From positions 1 to 64,000 of IMG/VR virus record IMGVR_UViG_3300045988_004573: DNA of 64,000 bases. One strand, 5' to 3'. A program made the translations under genes and the position numbers. This stretch comes from a virus. Positions 52,570 to 63,500 of this stretch are shown here, piece after piece. The notes below the pieces were generated by a model that did no database searches, was not told where the DNA came from, and saw only the letters and a list, made by a program, of their open reading frames with translations. Within the stretch, counting starts at the first letter, position 1, and each line of letters starts with the position of its first letter.

Positions 52570-53115
52570 ATGAAAAAGAGTGAGATTATAGAATGTAACG
52601 GAGTCAGCTATAAGAATTGTCCTCATTGTGGTAGAGTACTTCCAGTAAATTGTTTCTCTAAGAGTAATACTTCAGCTTCTGGTTATAGAAGCTGGTGCAA
52701 GGAGTGTATAAACACTTCTAGAAATACTGAAGAGAATAAAGCTAAGTGTAGAAACTACTATAATTCAAGAGGTAGAGAGCTTAGCAGAATAGCTAAAGAG
52801 CATAATATTCAAAAGTATCTATATACATCAGCTAAGGCTAGAGCTAGACAGAGAGGAGAAACTTTTACTATAGATATAGAGGATATTGTAGTTCCAGAGG
52901 TCTGTCCTATACTTGGAATACCACTTAAATATAATAGGGGTATGAAAGGGGATGACTCATATTCTCTTGATAGAATAGACTCTAGCAGGGGATATGTTAA
53001 AGGCAATATATGGGTCATCTCTCTTAGAGCCAATAGGATAAAGAATGACTCTACTGTGGAGGAATTAAGACTTATAGCTGACAAAGTTGAACAAAAACTT
53101 AAAGAAGCAAGATAA
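52570..53115 (+). CDS. HNH-family homing endonuclease (paralog of the intron ORF)
   Basis: CPHCGR..CKEC; SLDRIDSSRGYVKGNIWVISLRANRIKND. Confidence 0.8.
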   Translation: MKKSEIIECNGVSYKNCPHCGRVLPVNCFSKSNTSASGYRSWCKECINTSRNTEENKAKCRNYYNSRGRELSRIAKEHNIQKYLYTSAKARARQRGETFTIDIEDIVVPEVCPILGIPLKYNRGMKGDDSYSLDRIDSSRGYVKGNIWVISLRANRIKNDSTVEELRLIADKVEQKLKEAR

Positions 53116-53294
53116 TGAGTTTGAAGGAACAATGGCAGCAGGAGTCCAGACATGTAAGGAGATTTAAGAATATTTTTGCATTTATGGATTTCTGCTACAG
53201 ATGTAAGATAACTCCTGATAATAGTGAAACATACTATGATGAGGAGGAAGGCTATATGTATTTGAAATATCCTAATGTAACTCAACTATGGTAA
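53115..53294 (+). CDS. possible 59-aa protein
   Basis: TAATG overlap with the HNH stop and overlap with the next start; MSLKEQWQQE...; below the track cutoff. Confidence 0.35.
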   Translation: MSLKEQWQQESRHVRRFKNIFAFMDFCYRCKITPDNSETYYDEEEGYMYLKYPNVTQLW

Positions 53295-53881
53295 GTATAA
53301 CTAAAGAAGATTTGATTGGTCAGATTGCCAACTTCCCGTTGAAGATAGTGGAAGCTATGGTGGCAAATCAAGTGAGACAAGGTAATCCAGCCAATGTAAA
53401 AGTATTCCAAGAAAAGGTAGATGCCTCCTTTGTTGAAGGTGGTTTCAGTTGGAATAAGTCAGCGGAAGGTCAGTTCTTCTGGAGTAAGGTAATCAATGGT
53501 AAGCAATTTCCTAAAGAGATTGTTCCTCCTGATAAGTCCATTGAGCCTGTCAAACCAGAAGAGCCTGTCAATGAGAGTCCAGAAGAGGTTGTTGGAGAAG
53601 CTAAGGAATCATCTGCTTATAAGGTAGGTGATGTCATTAGAGTTAAGGTAGGAAGTAATACAAGGTCAAGGGTAATTATAGGATATTTTCCTGAGATGCC
53701 TAATCCTTATCTTACAATAACTGAGGAATCATTCAAAGACCTTATGAAGGGTAAGACAAGCTGTCATATCAATGTGACTGCTATTGAAGAGCCTAAGAAG
53801 TATGTATATCTGACTCTCAAAGATATATCTGAGGGTAAGGGTGTGGGTATAGACCCAGACCTTATCAAGATAGTACAGTAA
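53288..53881 (+). CDS. hypothetical protein
   Basis: 197-aa ORF. Confidence 0.5.
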   Translation: MVSITKEDLIGQIANFPLKIVEAMVANQVRQGNPANVKVFQEKVDASFVEGGFSWNKSAEGQFFWSKVINGKQFPKEIVPPDKSIEPVKPEEPVNESPEEVVGEAKESSAYKVGDVIRVKVGSNTRSRVIIGYFPEMPNPYLTITEESFKDLMKGKTSCHINVTAIEEPKKYVYLTLKDISEGKGVGIDPDLIKIVQ

Positions 53882-53991
53882 GACATAGGGTAGGGTGTAG
53901 TAATACATCCTACCTTACTGTTATATTATTAAAGGTGTTAGGGGTGGAGTAAAAACAGCCTTAATACCTTGCACAACTACAATTAAATTAC

Positions 53992-53999
53992 TACTTTTG
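53992..53999 (+). promoter_or_regulatory. TAnnTTTG box (TACTTTTG) upstream of the RNAP gene
   Basis: ATTACTACTTTTGCAC; overlaps the track's TTG start and favours the ATG at 54021. Confidence 0.5.
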
Positions 54000-54020
54000 C
54001 ACAAACTAATTAAAGAAATT

Positions 54021-57000
54021 ATGAGTAAGACAACTTGTTATACTCCACTCAAAGGAGTAGATGATGTTATAGCAGCTCAAGTACCTTCATGGAATAGTCA
54101 TTATGTAGCTAACCTTAGAGGTATGTATGAAGAAGCTAAAGGCAAGTCTACTACAGATGTGAATGAGTTACTGGCATTTAGAAGGAGCTTAAATGCTAAA
54201 GATGCCAAAGCTCTTACAGATGCTATCACAAACCCAATAGCAGCATATGACCAGCTAAAAGAAGCCTTCTCTACTCAAGAGAGAGTAGACAGGGTGAATA
54301 TGATAGCCAATACATTCTCAGATGTTGTTGATGCTATACAGGAGAGTAATCCTAGTCTTAGCAGAGAGGACATTATTATGGGCTATAAAGACCAGAATGG
54401 TAAGTTTCAGGGTGGTCCAGCATTCATATACAGTGAGGTTTATAAGACCCTTAAAGCTGAGATGGATGAATATGCTGAGAATGGCTATGAGGAAGAGGTA
54501 GAGAAGTACAGACAGGTGTTCAAAAACTGGGGAGCTTTAGTGACTTATGCTAACACCACTCTTAGAGATACAGAAGGTCTTAAGATAGGTACTAAGCTGA
54601 CTTTTGCTGATTCCTCTACTATTGCTGACTATGATGAGAATACTGCTGTAGAGTCATTTGTAGCTGAGGAAGCACCTAGAGAGTCATGGCAGGAAGTGTC
54701 AGAGTCTGTAAGTCCTTTTGGAAGTACCTCTATACTAGTAAGAAGATTGCTAGGAAGATTATCTGGCTATACTTCTGAGAATGAGGAAGATTATGATGAC
54801 CTTGGTCATCTTAGGAGATTACCTGCTGTGCAAGTGCATCAAGCACTCATGGAGACCCTTAGAGGTATGCAGAGCGAGAGCGACATGGTAGCTATCCTAA
54901 AACAGAATATGGATAGTAAGCCATATATTAGCTCTATACTTGAAGAGTTTGCTAAAGACCCTATACTTAGAACTCAGTTCTTTGTAGACTTTAGTAAGGT
55001 CTTTCAGCTATACTCAATGCAGAATGAAACAAGGAAGGGAGGTATTACTACATATAAGAATAGTGTACTCAATATCCTCTCAAGGAAGAGTGCCTATAAG
55101 AGGTATTCAGCAGCACTGGCAACTAGAACTCTTAAGGCTGATAATGCAGTCTTTAGATATGAGGATGAAGGTACTCTAGTGAATGAAGCTAGAGCAAAGC
55201 AGTTAGCTGACTTCATAGAGAAGTACTTAGGTACTGACCAAGACATCTTCAATAAGTTCAATGAGCAGGGATTCTCTAATCAGGATAGGATAGACTTCTA
55301 TAAAGCTGTACTGCCTGTACTTGGTATTAACCTTACTGAATCTGACTATGATGTCCTTGTAAAGGATAATAAGAGGGTTATGTCTCTCAACAGAACTCTT
55401 AAAGACCTTCCTACTATTCTTAGAAAGGCTAAGGATGGTATGAAGTTCCAAGACTTAATTGACTTAAAGATAGGTCAAGGAGCTAGTGAGGGTTATCTAA
55501 AAGAGAAGATAGGTAAGATATTCCAAGTCACAGAGAGCTTAGACAGCAGTAAGAAAGTATTGAGCAGAGTAAGGTTTCAAGATAATACTTACTACAGTGA
55601 TATACAATCCTCCTATCTTGGCAGATTCAGAGATACTATAGATGCTCTGGCAAGAAAGGGCAATAAGGCAAAGCTACAGTCTTACTTAGATGAGCATTTC
55701 TTGAGAAATGATTTCTTTAGAAGCTCTGATGGTAAGATATATAATAAGTGGCTCCAAGACCTTTACTATAGCAACCTTCAAGACCAGAAGAGCTTTGCTA
55801 ATATGTTCACTTACAAGAAGTTCTTAGGCGATGACAATCAGAAATTTGAGGACTTTACAGGTAAGAAGCAAGCTATAACCCTGATAAATGAGTACTTTGC
55901 AGAGTCTAAGGATTATGCTTGGTATCCAGTATTCATATTAGGTGATAGTGGTGCTTCAAAGTGGATTAGAGCTAAGAGATACTCATCAGACCAGATAGTA
56001 ACAGGTCTCTATAATGTATATCTTCAAGAGAAGATATTCCAGAGAGAGATTAAAGAACTCAAGGAAGGACTTAAGAGAGATGGTAAATCTCTTGGAAGTC
56101 TTGCTAAGATAGATGAGACTAAGTTTGGTCTACTGCCATTCCTAAATGAGAAGAAGTACAGTGATATGATAGACATGACAAATATTGAACAGTCTGTCAA
56201 AGCTGCTATTAAAGCTCATCTAAGAGATGCCTTCAATGAGTATATGGTCAAGTTGAATAGGGCAGGTGTCTTAGGTAAGACTCAGAAAGGTGACTATAAG
56301 TACCTGAGTAAGCTAACTAAGTTCACAACTAAAGATAAGCAGAAGTTGACTGGTGATGAGGCAGTTAGAGCTAACCTTATGGATTACTTCTACAATAGTA
56401 AGTTTGCTACTGTAATGCAGATGCAGCTTATGACTGTCAATCCTATATTCTATAAGAATGGGGATAGCACAGATGCCCAGAAGAGATATAAGGAAATTCA
56501 TGCCTCAGGTAATAGAGTAAGTGTAGAAGCTGTAAATCCCTTCACAGGTGAGAGATTCAGTAATAGAGACTATCAGACTACTGTATATTTTGATGATGTT
56601 GAAGTAAACCCAGAAGATACTAATCCTGAGTTTATGGAGGTCATTGCTAAGGTATATGGTAAGGATAGTGATGTCTATAAGACCTATAGGGATAAGACAT
56701 CCTTCACTGATGGTCAAGGTTATAGAACTCTTAAGTCTTATAGAGCTGTGATGGGAATGGCTGGCAAGTGGAATAAGAAATGTGAAGATGCTTATAATGA
56801 GATTGAAAGCATCAGAGCAGATATTAGGTCACAAGGTGGAGAGATAACTGATGAGCAGGCTCAGAGAATAGCTAGCTTAATGGTTACATTCCAACCTATC
56901 AAGCCATTCACTTATACACTTGAAAGATGGACATTAGGTAATAGTGTGTTCCAGATACCTGTACAGATGAAGTATGCTGAGACAGTTATGATACCTGAGT

Positions 57001-60000
57001 TGATGCAGAAGGGCAGTAAGCTGAGAGATATGCTTGAATGGGCTGAACAGAAGGATGTAGATGTGATTGCAGCTACTACTGCTGTAAAGGTAGGCTCATT
57101 TGGTGCTGTGAATGTGAAGGATGCTACTAATAAGGATGAGCTGAATGCCTCTTTAGATAATGCTATTGTTCACAATCTGAGCTATAATGACTATGTTATT
57201 CAGAATAACATTCCTGAGCATATTCAAGGCTCACAGCTATTTGCCACTCAGAGTAGAAAGCTGATATTTGCTGGTTTACAGCAGGTTGATGCTAATGGTA
57301 ACACTATGTACTATGACCACTACACTGATGGCAATAGGGTTAACTTGGGTAATGGCATGGTCAGACTCAATGCTTACAACCTCAACAGGTTCTATATAAG
57401 TCTTATAGCAGCTAACATACTTGAGGACTTTGAAGAATTTTCTTCTACTATAAAGAATCCTGAGAAAGTAAGGCAAGCCTTGGTTCAGATGACTGTTAAT
57501 AACAGCAGGGAGACTAGGGATAACCTTAGAGGTTATGGTAAAGGCTTAGAGCATGACTTCCTTCTAGCATTATTTGAAGGTGGTATTGAACATGATACAG
57601 CAGCATTGTTACTGAGTATGTTCAAGAAGCAAGTCAACAAACAGAAGATAAATGGAGGAAGTGCAGTTCAGGTATCAGCATTTGGTATAACTGGCTATAC
57701 TGAGGACAATAATCTTAGGTTTATCAAAGACCCTAACAATGATGCTAACATTCTATATGCTGAGTGTGAGCTTCCTTGGGACTTAAGCTATACTGATAGT
57801 AATGGTAACAAGGTTGAGCTACAATTCAGTGACTGGTGTAATGCTGATGGTACACTTAAAATAGGTAAGAATGGGGTTTCTCTACTAGAGACTAAATTCC
57901 CAGGAATCACCTCTTTCATAGCATATAGAATACCTACAGAGGATAAGTACTCTATGTTGAACCTAAGAGTAAAGAGATTTACTCAGAAGGTCAATGGTGG
58001 TGGTACTATTAAAGTTCCTGCTCAAGGTACTACTATTGCTGGATTTGACTTTGATATTGACAAGCTCTACTTTATGAGAAGGGAATATAAGGTCAAGAAG
58101 AGTGATAAAGATGGTGAGCTTGGAAGCCAGATAATCAAAGCACTGTTTGGTGAGTCTGAACATACAGATGTAGCTGATGTGTTTGATATACATGACTTCG
58201 AGGAGTTTGATTATTCTAAGCCTGCTTGGGATAAGAGTCAGAGCAGAGTGGCTAGAAACAATATGCTAATCACTCTTATGCAGAAGAGACTTGAAGACCC
58301 TCAGACTATAAAGGATAGGACTACTCCTGGTGGATTTACTCATGCAAGTGCTGCTGCTAAGTATATCAGAACTCTTATGGGTATAGATAATCTGAATTAT
58401 GATTATTCTGACCCTTGGACTATGGTAGTATATAACCAGCAAAACCAAGTAGCTGGAAAGCTGATTGGTATATTTGCTAATCAGAATACCAATAATGCCA
58501 TTGCTTCCTTGATGAAGGAGTTCAGCTTGGTACAACCTATAGCATTTGGTAATCATCCTAATGGACTAAGTAACCTTCTCAACCCTAATGCTCTGACTAA
58601 GGAGCTGTTGGCAGCATCTGTGGATGCTGTTAAAGACCCTGTGCTTAACTTCCTGAACTTGAATACTATTACAGCAGATAGTGCAGGTATGTTATGTAGA
58701 TTAGGGTATAGCTTTGAGGAGATTGGTCTGTTAATGAACCAACCTATAATAAGAGAACTATGTGATTACTGTATGGATAGTAACATGTCTGATATAGATA
58801 CTGCAATAGATAACTTGTTACAGGATTATGGTGCTAGAGGTGATTACGCTGATATTCCATCCTCAAGACTGACTGTAGATGTACTTGCTAAGAATATAAC
58901 TGACTTTAGGGATAACCCAGACATTATGAACAATAGTAACTATGTGTTCAATCAAGCTCAGGTGTTGGAACTATTCAGAAGTATCTATGCTACAGCTAAA
59001 GAGGTAGGAGCTTTTGTTACTAATACTAAGTTCACTGCATCAAATGCAGTTAAATCTACCTTTGGTGGTATGTATGCTCAGCAGGACAGAGTGATTAGGT
59101 ATGTGAATAACCTTAAGACCTCAAAGAACCCTAGACTAAGTATTATAGTGAGTGACTTTGTTGATAGTCCTATTACACTAGGTCTTAATATAGGTAATGT
59201 TGAGGAATATATAGCACAGATACTCAATAATCCTTTTGGATATGAGCAAGTGATGTATGATGCTAATGTCCAAGCTGTAAAGGAACTTGGCAAGTATTAT
59301 CCTTATGGTAATTCAACATACACTAACATTAGGAGCTTTATGACTGACCTGACTAAATCAGGGCTTGATGAAGCTACTATAGACCAGATACATGAGTATA
59401 TGCTAAGGTATATGATTGGTCTGGATGAACACAGTAAGTTCAATCCTGAATATCCCATCAACCTTGATAATGGGGAGACAGTAAGAGCAGAAGACTACTA
59501 TACCAAGTATGTTCCTTTGAAGGTAAGTAACCTTTTAAGAGCAAATAAGGAGTTGAAGAGTCTGCCTATCTTTAGTCTACTCACATTTGAGGAAGGTAGT
59601 GATGGTAATGTACAAATGAAGATTGCTGATAGTGGTGCTTTAACACCTACCCAGAAAGATGAAGTAAGGGATAGCTGGGAAGTACTATTAACTAACCCTG
59701 AGTTATCTCAGGTGGCTAAAGACCTTTATATGTACTCCTACTATCAATCAGGATTTGGATTTGGAGTTATAGGATTCAATCACTTAGCTCCATTAGAGTT
59801 GAAGCTGCAATTAGACCTTAACGGTGAGACTAGTTATACTAGTTTCTTGGATAATGTGTTGGATAACAACATACCAGTTGATGAGGTCAAGTTTGCTCAG
59901 ATGTTTCTTAATACCCACAGAGATAACAATAGGCTAGTATATGAGCCTAAGTCCAAGCAATATAATTACATTAAGAGTTATGTGTACCAGAATGGTATGC

Positions 60001-60500
60001 CAGTAGATAGCTTCATATTAGATGTTACTACTGACAAGAATAAGGTTAAACCCTTCATACTGAGGTCTACCAAAGAAGAGGTACATTACAGACCTGCCAT
60101 ACTAGTAGATGGACTCTTATATGTTGCCAATGGCAGTGCATTCAACAGAAGCACTTCTGGAGCTATGGAGTATAGGCTTGTCAAAGGCAAGGACAATAAA
60201 AAGGTAAGTTTATCTGATATAGGAGTTCAAGATGACAAATCAAGTACTGCTATTGATGGTGAACCTATTGTTGATATTGACACTATGTCTATTGATAATC
60301 TAGTGGATGAATTAGTTAAGAGTCAAGTTAAGACTGGCACTTTGATGGCTGAGGAAGCAGAAGAGGCTTCTAGAGGTATAAGAAGTAACATCTTACAGAC
60401 TACTAAGGAAGATGCAAGAGAGCAACTGATTGGAGCTTTACTTGAGGAGTATAAGAAACTTGGTGTATCATGTAAGTTAAATGGTGAAAAGATTTGTTAA
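54021..60500 (+). CDS. crAss-like virion-packaged RNA polymerase (two-barrel, DxDxD)
   Basis: ~2160 aa; GFDFDIDKLY with DFDID at 58047-58061, about two thirds into the protein, as recalled for phi14:2 gp66-type RNAPs. Confidence 0.8.
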   Translation: MSKTTCYTPLKGVDDVIAAQVPSWNSHYVANLRGMYEEAKGKSTTDVNELLAFRRSLNAKDAKALTDAITNPIAAYDQLKEAFSTQERVDRVNMIANTFSDVVDAIQESNPSLSREDIIMGYKDQNGKFQGGPAFIYSEVYKTLKAEMDEYAENGYEEEVEKYRQVFKNWGALVTYANTTLRDTEGLKIGTKLTFADSSTIADYDENTAVESFVAEEAPRESWQEVSESVSPFGSTSILVRRLLGRLSGYTSENEEDYDDLGHLRRLPAVQVHQALMETLRGMQSESDMVAILKQNMDSKPYISSILEEFAKDPILRTQFFVDFSKVFQLYSMQNETRKGGITTYKNSVLNILSRKSAYKRYSAALATRTLKADNAVFRYEDEGTLVNEARAKQLADFIEKYLGTDQDIFNKFNEQGFSNQDRIDFYKAVLPVLGINLTESDYDVLVKDNKRVMSLNRTLKDLPTILRKAKDGMKFQDLIDLKIGQGASEGYLKEKIGKIFQVTESLDSSKKVLSRVRFQDNTYYSDIQSSYLGRFRDTIDALARKGNKAKLQSYLDEHFLRNDFFRSSDGKIYNKWLQDLYYSNLQDQKSFANMFTYKKFLGDDNQKFEDFTGKKQAITLINEYFAESKDYAWYPVFILGDSGASKWIRAKRYSSDQIVTGLYNVYLQEKIFQREIKELKEGLKRDGKSLGSLAKIDETKFGLLPFLNEKKYSDMIDMTNIEQSVKAAIKAHLRDAFNEYMVKLNRAGVLGKTQKGDYKYLSKLTKFTTKDKQKLTGDEAVRANLMDYFYNSKFATVMQMQLMTVNPIFYKNGDSTDAQKRYKEIHASGNRVSVEAVNPFTGERFSNRDYQTTVYFDDVEVNPEDTNPEFMEVIAKVYGKDSDVYKTYRDKTSFTDGQGYRTLKSYRAVMGMAGKWNKKCEDAYNEIESIRADIRSQGGEITDEQAQRIASLMVTFQPIKPFTYTLERWTLGNSVFQIPVQMKYAETVMIPELMQKGSKLRDMLEWAEQKDVDVIAATTAVKVGSFGAVNVKDATNKDELNASLDNAIVHNLSYNDYVIQNNIPEHIQGSQLFATQSRKLIFAGLQQVDANGNTMYYDHYTDGNRVNLGNGMVRLNAYNLNRFYISLIAANILEDFEEFSSTIKNPEKVRQALVQMTVNNSRETRDNLRGYGKGLEHDFLLALFEGGIEHDTAALLLSMFKKQVNKQKINGGSAVQVSAFGITGYTEDNNLRFIKDPNNDANILYAECELPWDLSYTDSNGNKVELQFSDWCNADGTLKIGKNGVSLLETKFPGITSFIAYRIPTEDKYSMLNLRVKRFTQKVNGGGTIKVPAQGTTIAGFDFDIDKLYFMRREYKVKKSDKDGELGSQIIKALFGESEHTDVADVFDIHDFEEFDYSKPAWDKSQSRVARNNMLITLMQKRLEDPQTIKDRTTPGGFTHASAAAKYIRTLMGIDNLNYDYSDPWTMVVYNQQNQVAGKLIGIFANQNTNNAIASLMKEFSLVQPIAFGNHPNGLSNLLNPNALTKELLAASVDAVKDPVLNFLNLNTITADSAGMLCRLGYSFEEIGLLMNQPIIRELCDYCMDSNMSDIDTAIDNLLQDYGARGDYADIPSSRLTVDVLAKNITDFRDNPDIMNNSNYVFNQAQVLELFRSIYATAKEVGAFVTNTKFTASNAVKSTFGGMYAQQDRVIRYVNNLKTSKNPRLSIIVSDFVDSPITLGLNIGNVEEYIAQILNNPFGYEQVMYDANVQAVKELGKYYPYGNSTYTNIRSFMTDLTKSGLDEATIDQIHEYMLRYMIGLDEHSKFNPEYPINLDNGETVRAEDYYTKYVPLKVSNLLRANKELKSLPIFSLLTFEEGSDGNVQMKIADSGALTPTQKDEVRDSWEVLLTNPELSQVAKDLYMYSYYQSGFGFGVIGFNHLAPLELKLQLDLNGETSYTSFLDNVLDNNIPVDEVKFAQMFLNTHRDNNRLVYEPKSKQYNYIKSYVYQNGMPVDSFILDVTTDKNKVKPFILRSTKEEVHYRPAILVDGLLYVANGSAFNRSTSGAMEYRLVKGKDNKKVSLSDIGVQDDKSSTAIDGEPIVDIDTMSIDNLVDELVKSQVKTGTLMAEEAEEASRGIRSNILQTTKEDAREQLIGALLEEYKKLGVSCKLNGEKIC

Positions 60501-60503
60501 GTA

Positions 60504-63500
60504 TGGCAGAGAGTTGTGTATTTAAGCCAACTGTCAGAAACAAAGAAGGTAAGGAAGTGAATAGTAGGTTGTTTGACAACCTACTTCACTTCTCTTCCAA
60601 TGACAGGGAGTTTGCTAAAAAGTATTATTTCATAGGTACTAATGATGAGTTCCTAAGAACCAATGCTAGGCATGTAGAGTATGATGAGAATGGTGAGATT
60701 ACATTCAAGTCACTTAAGAACCTAGTATCACTGGATATATCTTCTGAGAAGATTATTGACCAGTTAAACAAAGACATAAGCTCTGGAGAGCATGAGTATG
60801 GAGAAGCAGTATCACTGATGACTAGCTTCAACAATAATAGCCCATATAACGATGAGTATATGGCTACTATAAGTACAGTTGAGGGAGGTAAGGCAAATCT
60901 ACAGGTTGTTAGAAAGACTACAGCTAATCAGACAGCTCTTGAAGAGACATTGACTAACAAAAGCTTGTTTGATAGAATAAAGCAAGCTGTTGAAAGAGTA
61001 GGAGGAAGTATAGACTTTATAGATGAAAGCTATAGCAAGTATGATACTATCAATGCTAAGAAAGCAGAGTCTGGTCTATATAATGTGATATTCCTCTCAA
61101 AGAAAGGCAATCTTACTGCTGATATGGCAGAAGAGGCAGGTCACTTTGCTGTAGGGGCATTAGGTAATAACCCCCTAGTAAAGAGATTGGAAGCACTTTG
61201 TACTCCAGAAGTACAAGAGGGAATACTAGGTGAGCATTACAGAGATGTGCAGGGAAGAAAGAACCCTAGGAGAGAGACTGCTGGTTTCCTAGTTGGTCAA
61301 TATATAATGAATGAGGTAGACCAAGAGTCTACACTTAGCAGACTTGCAGGAAGAATAGTAAATCTAGCTAAGAGAATGTTCTACAGACTCACTCTAGATG
61401 ATGTAGGTAGAATGAGAGAAGAGGCTAAGGCTATAGCTAAGAATATAGCTAGGGGATTTATGTCTGGTGATAATGCTGGTAGTATTGAGAATGCTTTAGA
61501 GAATAGGGAAGTCCTGTATTCATCTGTAGATTCTGTACCAGTTAGTTCCTTCAAGGATGTTATTCAGCAGCTAAACTTACTAGCTTCTGAAATGTCAGCA
61601 GTAGATAAGACATTATATAGGAAGTGGAAGGATATTGAAGCTAATACTGCTATAGGCAGGTTATTTGAAAACCCCTCATTCTTTGCTGATATGGCTGCTA
61701 TAGATGGCTTATCTGTAGCACTAACACAGCTAGCAGATAGTGTTCCTGAAATGATTGACATGTTGGACTCTGTTAACTATAATCCTGATGAAGTTCCTGC
61801 TAATGCTAAGAAGCTGAGACAAGTAAGCCTATTTGTTCAGGAGTCCATTGCTATCATGGGTATTATAGATAATATGCTTACCAGTGATGAGGTACAGTTG
61901 AAGGAGGATGCCAGAGATGCTCTTGATAAAGCATATAAGAACTTAAGCTCTCTTATTAAGGGAGCAGATAAGCTAGAGGTAAACCTACTAAAGAAAGAGA
62001 GGAAGCTATATCTATCCTTCTTAAAAGATATGTATGGGGGTGAGTATGTTGAAAGGGCAGCTAGAGTTGTCTTTAACTTTAACAAGAGAAAGCTTGAAAG
62101 AGTAGCTGAGAGTAGGGAATATCTATCAAAAGCTATGGAATCTCTTGATAGAGATGATAACTTTATGAATAGATACATAGCATCTATGGCTAACAGTAGT
62201 GATATAATCAACCAGTTAGCTTATAAAACCAAAGCTTCTGCCAACAAGTTTGCTGATGACAATACTATTAAAGCGTGGAATGACATAAGAGCTTTGGAAC
62301 AGAGAGTCAAGAAGGCTAAGGTTGATACAAGGAGGCTGTTAGAAGTATCTGCTAGAGATGGTAAGCTGACTGGTAACTATATATCCAAGTATAATTGGGG
62401 TGATTGGGAGAATGACTGGTATGAGTTTAAGAACAAGTGTAAGGAAGATTTCCTCAGTGACCCATCTATTGAGAGTAAGACTCAGATAGAAAGGGAATAC
62501 TTATGGGATGTCTACTTTAGACCTCTAGCTAAGGACTGGCATAAATCCCACTCCACATATGACCAAACCACTCAAAGACCTATGCCTAATGATGGCTATA
62601 GAAACCATAACTATGATAGATTGACAGATACTGAGAAGGCAGCTCTAGATGACATATTGGAGTTGAAGGGGAGTCTTGATGACCTCCTAATCTATCAGTC
62701 TTATAATGGTGAAATGGTTGAAGCAGCTCATACTCATCTTTATAGAATGCCTCAGTTCAGAGGAAGTACTCAGAATAGAATTGAGAACTTAAAGATGACT
62801 AACCCTCTAGGTAAAGCTGTAAGTGGTGCTATAAGGCAAAACTTAATCAATACTTTTACTATTACCAGTGAAGATAGAGACTATGGTAGTGCTATGACAC
62901 ATAATACTATAGATGAGGATGTATTCTCAGATAGGCTTGACTTCGAGAAGGAGAAAGTGAAGAGAGTTCCTTTATATGGTATAAACAAGCTGAAAGATAT
63001 GTCAGAGTTAAGCACTGATATATTCAATGGTTTGTTACAGTATGCAGCTATGGCTAATACTTATGTAGCTACATCCAGTGTAGTAGATATATTGGAGACA
63101 GGTAGGGATGTATTAGCTAATAGAAGAGTGAAAGGTCTAAAGAGAGAAGTAGAGAGGGATAAGAAGTCAAGAGTATTTGGAAGATATTGTGACTTTCTTG
63201 ATGCTCAGGTATATAACCTATATGCAAATAGCAGGTTGAAGTTTGGTCAAATAGCTCTTACTAAGGTGATAGGCTTCTTTGGAGGTTTGGCATCTAAGGT
63301 GTTCTTGGGTGGTAATGTCGCTGGTGGTATGGTCAATGTTATGACTGGCTTTAATGAAATCACTAAGGAAGCTATAGCAGGAGAAGTATATACATTAGCT
63401 GACCTTACTAAGGCTAATGCCCTTTACTTTAAGTACTTACCAGAGAACTGGTTAGAGGCAGGTATGGGTGTGAAGAACAATAAAGTGTCACTCTTTATGA

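Noticed and set aside
274-53285. Many track ORFs antisense to or nested within strong genes. Examples: 274..480, 1401..1616, 3868..4137, 6536..6811, 19496..19825, 21759..22172, 26685..27071, 33005..33394, 33459..33878, 38626..39228, 40754..41164, 52809..53285, and all minus-strand ORFs inside 54021..64000.
   Set aside because: - They lie opposite long, motif-supported genes.
- They have low-complexity L/S/I-rich translations typical of antisense frames in A/T-rich DNA.
- They show no gene-like packing.
40893-60500. Inteins in NrdD, PolA, TerL or RNAP.
   Set aside because: Lengths are normal for the families, and no Cys/Ser...HN-Cys/Ser/Thr splicing blocks or LAGLIDADG/HNH insertions were seen within the frames.
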